Positions 1 through 11,210 of a stretch of DNA of 64,000 nucleotides are shown here, one piece after another. This stretch comes from a virus. Positions within the stretch are counted from its first letter, which is position 1; each line of letters starts with the position of its first letter. The notes under the pieces are model-generated. The model was given only the letters and a program-made list of their open reading frames with translations, ran no database searches and was not told the origin of the DNA. The DNA lies in the IMG/VR virus record IMGVR_UViG_3300006793_000013. One strand, given 5' to 3'. The position numbers and the translations under genes are program-made.

Positions 1-1
1 C

Positions 2-3000
2 ATTGTTAAATCTTTAAGATATGCTAAGTCAGCATATACTATTTTTAAACAAAATATTATTAAGAAAGCAACCGAAGTTGAGTTCAACGAAAATACTTCA
101 GACTTTTTAGATAGTATTATAGAAATTATTACAAAGACTAAAACTATTGACAGTCCTTTTGCAGACTCTGATATGATTGGTGCTGGAGCGTTTACAAGAA
201 CAGATTATGTTGTTGACGATCCGGGTATTAAAACATTTACACTTACTGAAGATTTTGATTTAGAAACATTAAGCAGAAGAGCAGTATATGTTTACCTTAA
301 TGATGTACAACTTATTGTAAACAAAGATTACACAGTTAATGGAGCATTGGGCTTTATTACAATTACAGGTACGTTAGTTGAAGGTGATAGAATTGAGATT
401 AGAGAGTATGTGTCAACAGCATTTAGCCATGTACCGCCAACTCCAACATCACTAGGACTTTACCCTAAGTACGAACCTACAAAATATTTAGATGACACTT
501 ACAGAGTACCTAAAGATATAATACAAGGACACGATGGTAGTAAAACTACTGCCTATGGCGATTATAGAGATGACTTACTTTTAGAATTTGAAAAGCGTGT
601 ATTTAATAACATCAAACAAGAATACGATGCTAAGATTTTTGATGTTCAAAAAGCGTTGGGTGGATATTACGGTAATAGTACATTTGTAAAAGAAGAACTA
701 GATAGCGTAATCAATCAAGAGTTTTTATCATGGGTGCAAAATACTAACCTAGGTTATACAACAAACGATTATTTTGTAGAAACAGAACCGTTTACATATA
801 CATATTCAAGTATGACAGATCCAACAGGCAAAGAAAACTTGCCTGGATATTGGAGAGGTGTTTACAAATATTTTTACGATACTGATAGACCGCATACACA
901 TCCATGGGAAATGCTAGGCTTTACAATAAAGCCAACATGGTGGGAGACTGAGTACGGAGCAGCACCTTATACTAATGGTAACTTGGTGTTGTGGGAAGAT
1001 ATTGCTGCTGGTAAGATTGCTCAAGGAGATCGAGCAGGGATATATCCAAGATATGCCAGAACAACAATTCTAAATCATATTCCTTGTGATTGTGACGGTA
1101 ATTTAGTTGATCCTTTGACTTCAGGTCTTGCAGGTAATTTTCAACTTGTTAACAATAGAGGTCCTTTTAAACTAGGTGATGATAGTCCAGTTGAAAACGC
1201 ATGGAAAACTAGTTCAGAATATCCTTTTGCAATAACAACAGCACTAGCATTATTAAAACCGTTTGATTATCTAGTACTAAACTTTGACAGAGCTGTTACT
1301 AAAAGAAACATTATTGACCAGTTAGTAAATGTAACATCAGAAACATTTTTAACACCAACAGACTTAAAGTTTCCTATCGCAGGAAAGACACAGGTAGCAG
1401 GACTTGCAATTTACATTGCTTCATATATTAAGTCAGTAGGCGGAGCAGTTGCTGATGCTCAGAAAAATATTGATTGTATAAATGTTAGATTAACTTCAAG
1501 AGTAAGCGGGTTTGTTGATAAGCAGCAACAAAAATATTTACTTGATAGTAAAAATCCAAGCTCGGCAAGTGCAAGTGTGTTTATTCCACCTGAGAACTAC
1601 GATATTATCTTTAATGTAAGTTCTCCAATAGCTTCGGTTACTTACAGTGGTGTTATATTTGAAAAAACAACACAGGGTTGGGTAGTAAATGGATACGATG
1701 ATATTAATCCTTACTTTAATACGTTTGAAGCGTATCCACAACAAGCTGATCCTGTAATTTCAGTTGCAGGAACTTCAGAACCTTTTACTGAATGGGATCA
1801 AGAAAAAACATTTAACAACGGTGGTATTGTTGAGTACAGAGGAACATTCTATAGAGCAACACAGACATTTACCTCTGGAGAAACGTTTGATAAAAGTAAC
1901 TTAGTACAGCTACCCGACTTACCAGTTGAGAATGCTGTTGTTGCTCAACAACGTAGAAACTTTAATAGTTTCAAAGTTAAGAAAGTAAGTTACGGAACAG
2001 AGTTTAACAGTATACAAAGTGTAGTTGACTTCTTACTAGGATATCAAGCACACTTAAAAAGTCAAGGGTTTGACTTTGCAAACTATGACGGCACTAATCA
2101 AGTAGTACAAGATTTTACAACAGCAGCAAAAGAATTTATGTACTGGACAGTCCATAACTGGGCAGTTGGTTCTGTATTATCGATGAGTCCAGGTGCAGCA
2201 AGTATGGAAATTAATCTTGCTGTTGGAGTTGCTGATAACTTATTAGATAGTTTCTATGATTATAATGTGTTGAAAGCAGACGGCTCAGCACTTGATCCTA
2301 AATTTATAAATGTATCAAGATCTTTTCAAAAAATTCAAGTTAACACAACAAACACAACTGAAGGTATCTACTTACTAAAATTAAATTATGTTCTAAAAGA
2401 ACATGTTGTTGTATTTGATGATAAAACAGTTTTCAATGATACTATATTTGATAAAGCAACAGGTTATAGACAAGAAAGAATTAAAGCACAAGGATTTAGA
2501 ACAACAGATTGGGACGGTGATTATACTAGCCCTGGCTTCTTATTTGATAATGTATCATTTGATACTTGGATACCTTATTATGATTATAAATTAGGAGACA
2601 TTGTATCTTACAGAGCATACAAGTATACCGCAAGATTTAATCATACTAGTGATGAAGAGTTTAATGACGCTAACTGGACACAACTAGACTCAACACCTGA
2701 GAAACAACTTATTCCTAACTTTGATTATAGAATTAATCAAATGGAAGATTATTTTGATGTGTCATCAGAAGGATTAGGAAAGAGCCAAAGAGATCTTGCA
2801 AGGCATACTGTAGGATACCAAAGCAGAGAATATTTAGAAAACTTATCTGAAGATCCAACAACACAGTTTAAATTGTACCAAGGATTTATCAGAGAGAAAG
2901 GTACACCAAATGCAATTACTAAACTGTTTACAAAACTAGGTGATAATACTAGCAATGCCGCTGTTGATCTTAATGAAGAGTGGGGATTCAAGTTAGGACA

Positions 3001-6000
3001 AGTTGGAGGAGTTGATCAGTCAGAAAGAATTGAAATTAGATTAGATACTGACAAGTTTAAATTAAATCCTCAGCCTGTATTAGTTGAAGCGTCTGCAGAA
3101 GATAAAGTTGATAGGTATTATAGAATTGATTCGACTAATTTTGAGTTTGGTCCAAGCCCGTTTACAACAGACATCAACCCAACTAGTTATGATTCTAAGC
3201 CTGTATTAACAGCAGGATATGTATCAGTAGGTCAAACAGACTTTACAGTTACAAACAGAGATGAAATATTAAATCTTGCAATTGCTTCAGTACAAGATAA
3301 TAATCATATATGGGTTACATTTGATGGACCTTCATGGACCGTTCTTAGAGCAAACACAGTATTCGATTTAAAAATTACAAACTTAGAAAGTAATGATGAT
3401 AACGAAGTGATCTTTACTTTTGAAAAAGCACACTTGTTAAAAGTTGATGATGTATTTGGTATCAAAACAATAGCAGGACTAAATCAGTTTTGGAAAGTAA
3501 AAGCAGCAACAACTAATACAGTTACAGTACAGCATACAGAAAAGTATGATGCAGATCAAGGATTCGAACCTAGCACAGGCGCTTATCCAATGTTACTAAC
3601 TGAAGCACGGTTTAGTTCTTACGACACTGTTGACCCAGAGAAGGTAGCACTACTAACTGACGGATCAAAACTATTTGTAGACTCTAATGTAAACTCACAC
3701 TGGGAAGTTGTTGAAAAGAAAAAACAGTTTACAGGTAATAAAATTGTTGACTTTGGTATTACTGATCCAACAAGTGTTGGTAAGAAAACAGTTTACAGTG
3801 ATACACTTAAACAGGTTATAGTTGGCATACCTGATGCAGCAAGAGTAGGAATTTATATTCAAGGTGCAACAGGCCTATCGTCTAAGCAATTGCTTGAACC
3901 ACCGTCATGGTTAACAACAGATGTTACAGGATCATTTGGTCTTGAATTAGCACTTAGCCCAGATAGCCAGTGGTTGATGGTTGGTGCTCCAACAGCAAGT
4001 GGAATCCCTAGCAGATATCAAGGTGCATTTGATGTAAATGCAAACTACTTAATTAATGACATTGTTTTATTTGCAGGTAGACTTTATAAAGCAACTGATA
4101 ATATTAACGGTGACGGCAGCACAATTGATGTGTACAGCAATGAATGGGTTGAAGTACAGAAGATTGATGCAGAAAGCGATGGATCAAACACAGGTGGTTT
4201 TGAAACAGGTGTAATATTCATTTACAAGTACCAGTCACAACAGTGGAACTTATACGACATACAAGTAAGTCCTAGAACTTATGACAATGAAAGATTTGGT
4301 GAAAAGATTGCAGTTAGCCAAGCAACATCAACAGGCCCTTATTACATGTCAGTATCAGCACCTGGTTCACAAGATGCAAAAGGTCGTGTATATCTTTACA
4401 CGTATGATACAACAGATGGTTGGCGCTTAGACTATAATAAAAATTATAGAGGCATTTATGCTGCTGATGATTCTACTTTTTATCCTAAGGACTCAATAGT
4501 ATTTTCAAATGGAGATATGTGGAAAGCATTAGTTGATAATGTTGCGGACGGAAGTTCATTAACAATTTACTCAAACGATTGGGTTAAGATGGACGAAGTA
4601 ACAACAGGTGCTTCACTTCCGATGTCAATAGCAACTAACGATGATGGTTCAACACTTGATGCAGGAATACTTGATGACGAACAACTTGTTGAGTTAGTTA
4701 AAGTAGATGATCGTTTTGGTACTTCTTTAGCAATGAACTATGACGGTACAGTACTTGCAGTAGGCGCACCAAACAGTGACGGACAATACTTTAATAACTT
4801 TAAAGGTCAGTGGAGACCTAACTACGAATATATGCAAGGCGATACAGTTAAGTATCAAGGCAGTTATCATCAATTACAAAATTTAGGACCAAGTGCAGTA
4901 GGTGCAGATAGTACAATTAGAAGTTATAACGAAGCACCAGATGCTGGCGAGCCTTGGGTAAACGTAGGCGATAGCACAGACGTTGCTTCAGGTAAAGTTT
5001 ACATATACAAAAAGAATGCAGCTGGTGTTTATAGATTACTACAGCAAATAAATGCAGACTCTCTTCCATACCTAAGTGATCTTGATCCAAGTGAAGCAAT
5101 AAGCTCAGGTGACAAGTTTGGTTATGCTATTGGATTAGACTATTCAGGTAACACATTAGTTGTTACAAGTCCTTTAGCAGATAAAAACTTCCAGAATCAA
5201 GGTAGTGCTTATGTGTTTAAGTTTGATAGTGATTCAACAGAATTTGCTTATAGACTAAAACAAAAATTAACAAGTTACTCAGATTATCCAAATGAAATGT
5301 TTGGTCAAGATATTTCAATCTCAAGCGGTACTGAAATAATTGCAATTGGTGCAACTAATTCTCCGTTTACATTACAGACAAGATTTGATGGATCACAAAC
5401 ATCATACGACAGTAACAGAACTACGTTTAGAGATTATGACGGATTTGCTGGAGCAGTTTATGTGTTTGAGAAAAAAGGTAAGTCTGAGAGATACTTCCTA
5501 TCAGAGAAAATTGACGAAACACTTTCTTTAAACGAGTCTTTTGGTTACAGTTTATATGCTACAAGAAACGCTATTGTAGTTGGATCGCCTAACTATATTT
5601 CTCCTGCACCTCACGGAGTTGATATTGCATTTGAAGGAGACAAAACAGGTACAGCTAGATTGTTTGAAAAAACTGAAGGTCAAAATGCACTAAACGTTAT
5701 TGGCTCACAACCACAAACAGTTGACATTGATAAGTTTAAACGTATTTCACTTTATGATACTGAAGATGATATAAAAATTCTTGACATAGAAATTTTTGAT
5801 CCTGCTAAAATGAAACTGTTAGCACAAGCAGAAAGAGAACTTACATATAAAGTTCCATACGATCCTGCAATTTATACAACAGGAACAGCAGAAGGTGCTG
5901 TTGTTGATGATTCTATTTGTTGGAAAACTAAAAACGTAGGTAAACTATGGTGGGATATTTCAACAGCTAAATGGTTTGACTATGAGCAAGGCGAAGTTTC

Positions 6001-9000
6001 ATATAGAGTAGGTGCATGGGGAGCATTGGCTCCTGGAGCATCAATTGATGTTTATGAATGGGTACAGTCTAAATTACTTCCTTCGGAGTGGGCAGTAGTT
6101 GCAGATACTAATGAAGGTTTACCACTAGGCATATCTGGGCAACCATTGTATGCAGATGATAGTGCTTACAGTATAAAAGCAGAATTTAATCCTAATACAG
6201 GAGAACAAACAGAAGTTTATTATTACTATTGGGTAAGAAATAAAGTTACTGTTCCTGAAGGTAATACTGATAGATCTATTTCAGCAGCAGATGTGTTTAA
6301 TTTGATTAGTGATCCTTCTGCACTAGGACAAACATATGCAGCATTTATTGACAAAGACAAATTTTTATTATTCAATTACAAAGCATCAGTAGCAGAAAGC
6401 TCTGCTGTACTAAATGTTGAATACTTTACACAAGAAGAAAATCAAAATCAAGTACACAACGAGTATCAACTTCTAACTGAAGGTGTTGCAGATAGTTTAC
6501 CAACTACATCATTAGAAAATAAATGGATTGATAGTTTAATTGGGTACGATAGACAAGGTAATAGAATACCTGATCCTAACTTGCCAGCTAAACAACGATA
6601 TGGTATAAGTTACAGACCAAGACAAAGTATGTTTGTTGATAGAAAGTCTATCTTAAGAACTTTAATTACAAATGTTAACGCAATCATGCACAAAGAAGCA
6701 TTTGCTGATTCATTAAACTTTACAACGTTAAATTCAGTAGACAGTATTCCAAGTTCTTTATTAAACCTTTATGACACAACAGTTGATAGCTATATTGAAT
6801 TACTTGAAGTAGGTACATCTAGAATTAAACAATGTAACTTACGTGCAAATATTATTGATAATGAAGTCAACTCTATTGATATTTTAGATGCAGGGTTTGG
6901 ATATAAGATACCTCCAACTATTGAATTTGAAGGTGACGGAACAGGTGCAGAAGCAGTTACTACAATTGACAATCAAGGTAGAGTTAACAGTGTAACAATT
7001 ACTAATAAAGGTAAACTATACACATACATTTCTACTAAACCAAGACAGTTTAGTGTGCTTGTTAATAACGATTCTACTGCAAATAATTTCTGGAGCATTT
7101 ATGCTTGGGACGATGTAAGAAAATCATGGTACAGAAGTAGATCACAAGCGTACAACACACCGTTATATTGGTCATATGCTGACTGGTGGGACAATGACTT
7201 TGGTCCTACTTCAAGAATAGTAAAAGAAATAGTTAGTGTATACGAAGAACCAACTATAAATGTTGAAATTGGAGACTTGATTAGAATCAAAGAATACGGT
7301 TCAGGTGGCTGGGCAGTGTTTAAGAAAACTACTGATGTTAGTACCGAGTCTATGAACAACTACGAGATGATTGGTAGGTACCAAGGAACTATTCAATTCT
7401 CATCAGACTTATATGATACAGCAACAAGTGGTGTTGGATATGACAACGTAGACTCATTTGATATTGACTTTTATGATAAAGAAGTTTCAAATGAACTTAG
7501 ATTTATTTTACAAGCATTGAAAGAAGATGTTTTAACTGGAAATTATGCAGTTGAGTGGAACAACTTATTCTTTACATCAATTAGATATGTGTTTAAAGAA
7601 CAAACTTATGTAGATTGGGCGTTTAAATCTAGTTTCTTAAATGCAACACACAATGTTGGCACACTAAAACAAAAAACTAATTACAAAAATGACAGTCTTG
7701 AAAGTTACTTAGACTATATTAACGAAGTAAAACCTTACAGTACAACAGTAAGAGAATATATTAGTAAGTATGACACTATAGATAATACAAATTCTGCTAT
7801 TTCAGACTTTGATTTACCTCCTTACTATTCAGAAGCACAAGGAAAAATTGTTCCTGTTGAAAGTACTGACGATATATTAGCAACATATCCTTATAAATTC
7901 TGGAACGATAACAAAGGTTACCAGATTATTGAAATAAGTGTTGCTGGTAAAGGCGCAGATTACACAGAAGCACCTAAAGTATTAATTACTGGTGGAGGCG
8001 GAAGCGGTGCTAAAGCAACTGCATATGTTTCAAACGGTAAAGTTACTGGAATCAAATTAACAGAACACGGTTCAGGATACACATCAACACCAACTGTTTC
8101 CCTTGTAGGTGGTAATGGTACTTCGCCATCAGTTGCAAGAGCAGTTGCAGTGTTAGGTAATGGTAAAACACGTTCTATAAATGTTAATATGAAGTTCGAT
8201 AGAATTTCTAAAACAGGAATTTATAGTAACTTTACACAAACTGAGTCGTTTACTGCTACAGGTTCAACATCAGTGTTTAATTTAACTTATCCACCAACTA
8301 GAGATAAGTCAAATATTTCAATTATTAAAGACGGTCAAGTAGTTCTTAATAATGAATACGATATTGCTTTGTTTACATTAGAAACAGATGTGTATAAACA
8401 AATTAGAGGTAAGATTACTTTTAAAATTCCACCAGCAAAAGACGAAGTTATTAATATAACGTATGCAAAGAATGATGAAATCTTAGATAGTGTAAGCAGA
8501 ATTGAAAAATATTACAATCCATCATCAGGAATGGTAGGTAAAGAACTGAATCAGCTAATGACAGGTATTGACTTTGGTGGTGTTCAAGTACAAGGTACCA
8601 CATTTGATGTTACAGGTGGTTGGGACGCATTACCTTGGTTTACTGATAGTTGGGATAGTGTTGAGTCAGCAGCAGATTATTACTATGTTGCAGACGGAAG
8701 CACAATTAATGTAACACTTCCTTATACTCCTGTAGATGGACAAGTTCTTAATATCTACTTAAAACGTGCAGGCACAGTAGTACCTGACGATATTTTAAAT
8801 TTACAAGTTGAAGAAGGGGTTGAAGAACCTCCAACACATAGAATTGACGATCCTAATTACACTGATAACTGGGATAGCTCAGTTTCAACGAATCCACATG
8901 CACAGATGCCAACATTTATTGGTGACGGTAGCACAAACATTGTTGAAGTTGGTGCCTATGTATCAACACAGCCCGGTGATATTTTAATTTTCCGTCCTGC

Positions 9001-11203
9001 AGAGAGTGATGGTGCTGTAACTATTAATGATAACAACTTATTAGATACAAAGTTATCAGGTGGAACATTGTCAGCAATGGAAGGTGCTTATGCAACAGCA
9101 ACAGGATTAAATGCAGAAGACATTTCAATAGACGGTGGTGAATATACTAGCCCAGATCAAGTTCCTGCAACAGAAGAAAACATTCCTGGACAGGTTTTAG
9201 ATAGTTTAAGTATTAAAGTATTCCACTCAAACAAAGATGCAGCGGGTGCAACAGTTAAATCTAATGTTAGAATCGGTGACGGATCAACATTAGTATATCC
9301 AATAGGACAAAAAATTATTGAAAACAAATCAGTAATTGTTTATATTGACGGAATAAAATCTGCACCAGCAACTTATACTGTTAACATTACAAATAGTACA
9401 ATTGAATTTGCAAGTGTTCCAGCAGAAAATTCTAAAATTGAAATAGTTTCAATAGGATTAGGCGGTGTGTCAATACTTGATTACCAAGAGTTTATTGCAG
9501 ACGGTGACACAACATTATTCTTAACTAACGCAAACTACATTGATACTTCAAATATTTTTGTATCAGTCAACGGTGTACAATCTGATACAGGATTTATTGA
9601 CAGCACAGACTTATTACCTGACACGCCAAACAGAACACTTGTACAGTTTGGTACAAAGCCTGATAGATTAGCAGTGATTAGAATTGTTGCATTTGGCGCA
9701 GCAGCAGACGTTGATAGTTCATTGCAATCTTTAATTAGAGTTAACCAACAAGAATTTACATATGATGGTAGCACTAAGAGTTATGACCTAGATACATTTG
9801 TTCAGTTATCTAGAGAAAGTGCATTAGCATCAACTATTGTTGAAGTAAACAACAAAAAACTAAAAAGTGTTGACACAGTTTACAATGTTTACGATGGAGT
9901 AACTAAAAAATATGTACTAGGTGTTGATCCTATTGCATCAGCAGGTTCTATTGTTCCAAACAACATTAAAGTTTATATTAACAACGAGCTAAAAACATTT
10001 ATTACAGACTATGTTTATAATGGTACAACTAAAGAGCTTGAGGTTACTGCGGAAAATTTGACGGTCGGAGATGTTATTAAAATTGAAAATAACCTAAATG
10101 CAGAGTACTCTGTGGTAGGTAACAACATTGTTATTAATGATTCGACAGCATTAACACTAGGTGATACAATTGATGTAACTTGGTTTAGTGAATATCCTTC
10201 AATGGAAATTGTTAGTGATCAGTATACAGGTGGTAAAGCATTTTATCCTATTGCATTTAAACCATTGGGTGTAAGTTATGTATGGGTTTACAGAAACAAA
10301 ACTAAACTTATACAAGATGTTGATTATCGCTTAGATGTTGAACGAGGTGCTGTATATATTGAAGGTTCTAATAAAGATACAGATAGTTTTGAAATTGTAG
10401 CGTTTGGGTCTAATGTATTTGCATTACCAAGTGCATATCAAGTTAGTAAAGATATGTTAAACATCAATCGTTACACTAGATATGCAATTACTGATAATTT
10501 AGTATTGGCAAAAGAATTAACTTACTATGATGAAAGTATTACACTTGCAGATGCTTCTACATTGTTTGACCCTGTTGCAGGCAAAAATATACCAGGTATT
10601 ATTGAAATAGATGGTGAGAAAATTGAGTACATGAACAAGAATGGTAATGTACTAAGCAACTTGAGAAGAGGTACACAGGGTACAGCAATTAAAACACTGA
10701 ATCCTGTAGGATCATATGTAGTTGATTTGAGTACAGACCAAACAATTCCATATAAAGATACCCAATCAAGAACAGATTTTGTTAGTGATGGTAGCAGTCA
10801 ACTCATTGGACCACTACCTTTTGTTCCTAAGCTAAGTACTGTTAGTGATTGGTATGAAGGAACAATTCCAGCAATTTATGGAAGATGTGACTCAATTGAA
10901 GTATTTGTTGGCGGTAAAAGACTACGCAAAACATATATTGATCAATACAACGAAACTAAAGGTTCAACTAGCCCAGCAGGCGATGAGAAGGTTGAAGCTG
11001 AATTTAGTGTTGACGGGTCGTCAGCATATATTAGACTAACAAATGTACCTCCGGCAGGTACACGAATTAGTATTATAAAACAACAAGGACAAGTATGGTA
11101 CGATAGAGGCCAAAATACTGCTACATCAGGCGTTACGCTGCTTAAAAACAGCACTCCAATTAGTCAGTTCATTGCTGCCAATACATCGAAGTTACCTGAA
11201 TAA
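2..11203 (+). CDS. Giant virion structural (baseplate-type) protein, 5'-truncated by window edge, >3730 aa
   Basis: Frame is open from position 2 (ATT GTT AAA TCT...), so the ATG at 173 is internal. Contains beta-propeller/FG-GAP-like repeats (RFGTSLAMNYDGTVLAVGAP), W/Y-rich CBM-like repeats (YDYKLGDIVSY, YEYMQGDTVKY), GGGGSGAKATA..VSNGKV motifs and C-terminal LRRGTQGT; lies upstream of tail-fibre genes. Confidence 0.7.
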   Translation: MVKSLRYAKSAYTIFKQNIIKKATEVEFNENTSDFLDSIIEIITKTKTIDSPFADSDMIGAGAFTRTDYVVDDPGIKTFTLTEDFDLETLSRRAVYVYLNDVQLIVNKDYTVNGALGFITITGTLVEGDRIEIREYVSTAFSHVPPTPTSLGLYPKYEPTKYLDDTYRVPKDIIQGHDGSKTTAYGDYRDDLLLEFEKRVFNNIKQEYDAKIFDVQKALGGYYGNSTFVKEELDSVINQEFLSWVQNTNLGYTTNDYFVETEPFTYTYSSMTDPTGKENLPGYWRGVYKYFYDTDRPHTHPWEMLGFTIKPTWWETEYGAAPYTNGNLVLWEDIAAGKIAQGDRAGIYPRYARTTILNHIPCDCDGNLVDPLTSGLAGNFQLVNNRGPFKLGDDSPVENAWKTSSEYPFAITTALALLKPFDYLVLNFDRAVTKRNIIDQLVNVTSETFLTPTDLKFPIAGKTQVAGLAIYIASYIKSVGGAVADAQKNIDCINVRLTSRVSGFVDKQQQKYLLDSKNPSSASASVFIPPENYDIIFNVSSPIASVTYSGVIFEKTTQGWVVNGYDDINPYFNTFEAYPQQADPVISVAGTSEPFTEWDQEKTFNNGGIVEYRGTFYRATQTFTSGETFDKSNLVQLPDLPVENAVVAQQRRNFNSFKVKKVSYGTEFNSIQSVVDFLLGYQAHLKSQGFDFANYDGTNQVVQDFTTAAKEFMYWTVHNWAVGSVLSMSPGAASMEINLAVGVADNLLDSFYDYNVLKADGSALDPKFINVSRSFQKIQVNTTNTTEGIYLLKLNYVLKEHVVVFDDKTVFNDTIFDKATGYRQERIKAQGFRTTDWDGDYTSPGFLFDNVSFDTWIPYYDYKLGDIVSYRAYKYTARFNHTSDEEFNDANWTQLDSTPEKQLIPNFDYRINQMEDYFDVSSEGLGKSQRDLARHTVGYQSREYLENLSEDPTTQFKLYQGFIREKGTPNAITKLFTKLGDNTSNAAVDLNEEWGFKLGQVGGVDQSERIEIRLDTDKFKLNPQPVLVEASAEDKVDRYYRIDSTNFEFGPSPFTTDINPTSYDSKPVLTAGYVSVGQTDFTVTNRDEILNLAIASVQDNNHIWVTFDGPSWTVLRANTVFDLKITNLESNDDNEVIFTFEKAHLLKVDDVFGIKTIAGLNQFWKVKAATTNTVTVQHTEKYDADQGFEPSTGAYPMLLTEARFSSYDTVDPEKVALLTDGSKLFVDSNVNSHWEVVEKKKQFTGNKIVDFGITDPTSVGKKTVYSDTLKQVIVGIPDAARVGIYIQGATGLSSKQLLEPPSWLTTDVTGSFGLELALSPDSQWLMVGAPTASGIPSRYQGAFDVNANYLINDIVLFAGRLYKATDNINGDGSTIDVYSNEWVEVQKIDAESDGSNTGGFETGVIFIYKYQSQQWNLYDIQVSPRTYDNERFGEKIAVSQATSTGPYYMSVSAPGSQDAKGRVYLYTYDTTDGWRLDYNKNYRGIYAADDSTFYPKDSIVFSNGDMWKALVDNVADGSSLTIYSNDWVKMDEVTTGASLPMSIATNDDGSTLDAGILDDEQLVELVKVDDRFGTSLAMNYDGTVLAVGAPNSDGQYFNNFKGQWRPNYEYMQGDTVKYQGSYHQLQNLGPSAVGADSTIRSYNEAPDAGEPWVNVGDSTDVASGKVYIYKKNAAGVYRLLQQINADSLPYLSDLDPSEAISSGDKFGYAIGLDYSGNTLVVTSPLADKNFQNQGSAYVFKFDSDSTEFAYRLKQKLTSYSDYPNEMFGQDISISSGTEIIAIGATNSPFTLQTRFDGSQTSYDSNRTTFRDYDGFAGAVYVFEKKGKSERYFLSEKIDETLSLNESFGYSLYATRNAIVVGSPNYISPAPHGVDIAFEGDKTGTARLFEKTEGQNALNVIGSQPQTVDIDKFKRISLYDTEDDIKILDIEIFDPAKMKLLAQAERELTYKVPYDPAIYTTGTAEGAVVDDSICWKTKNVGKLWWDISTAKWFDYEQGEVSYRVGAWGALAPGASIDVYEWVQSKLLPSEWAVVADTNEGLPLGISGQPLYADDSAYSIKAEFNPNTGEQTEVYYYYWVRNKVTVPEGNTDRSISAADVFNLISDPSALGQTYAAFIDKDKFLLFNYKASVAESSAVLNVEYFTQEENQNQVHNEYQLLTEGVADSLPTTSLENKWIDSLIGYDRQGNRIPDPNLPAKQRYGISYRPRQSMFVDRKSILRTLITNVNAIMHKEAFADSLNFTTLNSVDSIPSSLLNLYDTTVDSYIELLEVGTSRIKQCNLRANIIDNEVNSIDILDAGFGYKIPPTIEFEGDGTGAEAVTTIDNQGRVNSVTITNKGKLYTYISTKPRQFSVLVNNDSTANNFWSIYAWDDVRKSWYRSRSQAYNTPLYWSYADWWDNDFGPTSRIVKEIVSVYEEPTINVEIGDLIRIKEYGSGGWAVFKKTTDVSTESMNNYEMIGRYQGTIQFSSDLYDTATSGVGYDNVDSFDIDFYDKEVSNELRFILQALKEDVLTGNYAVEWNNLFFTSIRYVFKEQTYVDWAFKSSFLNATHNVGTLKQKTNYKNDSLESYLDYINEVKPYSTTVREYISKYDTIDNTNSAISDFDLPPYYSEAQGKIVPVESTDDILATYPYKFWNDNKGYQIIEISVAGKGADYTEAPKVLITGGGGSGAKATAYVSNGKVTGIKLTEHGSGYTSTPTVSLVGGNGTSPSVARAVAVLGNGKTRSINVNMKFDRISKTGIYSNFTQTESFTATGSTSVFNLTYPPTRDKSNISIIKDGQVVLNNEYDIALFTLETDVYKQIRGKITFKIPPAKDEVINITYAKNDEILDSVSRIEKYYNPSSGMVGKELNQLMTGIDFGGVQVQGTTFDVTGGWDALPWFTDSWDSVESAADYYYVADGSTINVTLPYTPVDGQVLNIYLKRAGTVVPDDILNLQVEEGVEEPPTHRIDDPNYTDNWDSSVSTNPHAQMPTFIGDGSTNIVEVGAYVSTQPGDILIFRPAESDGAVTINDNNLLDTKLSGGTLSAMEGAYATATGLNAEDISIDGGEYTSPDQVPATEENIPGQVLDSLSIKVFHSNKDAAGATVKSNVRIGDGSTLVYPIGQKIIENKSVIVYIDGIKSAPATYTVNITNSTIEFASVPAENSKIEIVSIGLGGVSILDYQEFIADGDTTLFLTNANYIDTSNIFVSVNGVQSDTGFIDSTDLLPDTPNRTLVQFGTKPDRLAVIRIVAFGAAADVDSSLQSLIRVNQQEFTYDGSTKSYDLDTFVQLSRESALASTIVEVNNKKLKSVDTVYNVYDGVTKKYVLGVDPIASAGSIVPNNIKVYINNELKTFITDYVYNGTTKELEVTAENLTVGDVIKIENNLNAEYSVVGNNIVINDSTALTLGDTIDVTWFSEYPSMEIVSDQYTGGKAFYPIAFKPLGVSYVWVYRNKTKLIQDVDYRLDVERGAVYIEGSNKDTDSFEIVAFGSNVFALPSAYQVSKDMLNINRYTRYAITDNLVLAKELTYYDESITLADASTLFDPVAGKNIPGIIEIDGEKIEYMNKNGNVLSNLRRGTQGTAIKTLNPVGSYVVDLSTDQTIPYKDTQSRTDFVSDGSSQLIGPLPFVPKLSTVSDWYEGTIPAIYGRCDSIEVFVGGKRLRKTYIDQYNETKGSTSPAGDEKVEAEFSVDGSSAYIRLTNVPPAGTRISIIKQQGQVWYDRGQNTATSGVTLLKNSTPISQFIAANTSKLPE

Positions 11204-11206
11204 ATA
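11201..11206 (+). promoter_or_regulatory. Late-promoter-like TAAATA box, 4 nt before ATG 11211
   Basis: TAAATA cact ATG; resembles the T4 late promoter core TATAAATA. Confidence 0.5.
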
Positions 11207-11210
11207 CACT

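Noticed and set aside
173-175. ATG at 173 as start of the giant ORF
   Set aside because: Frame is open to the window edge and there is no RBS; the gene is truncated
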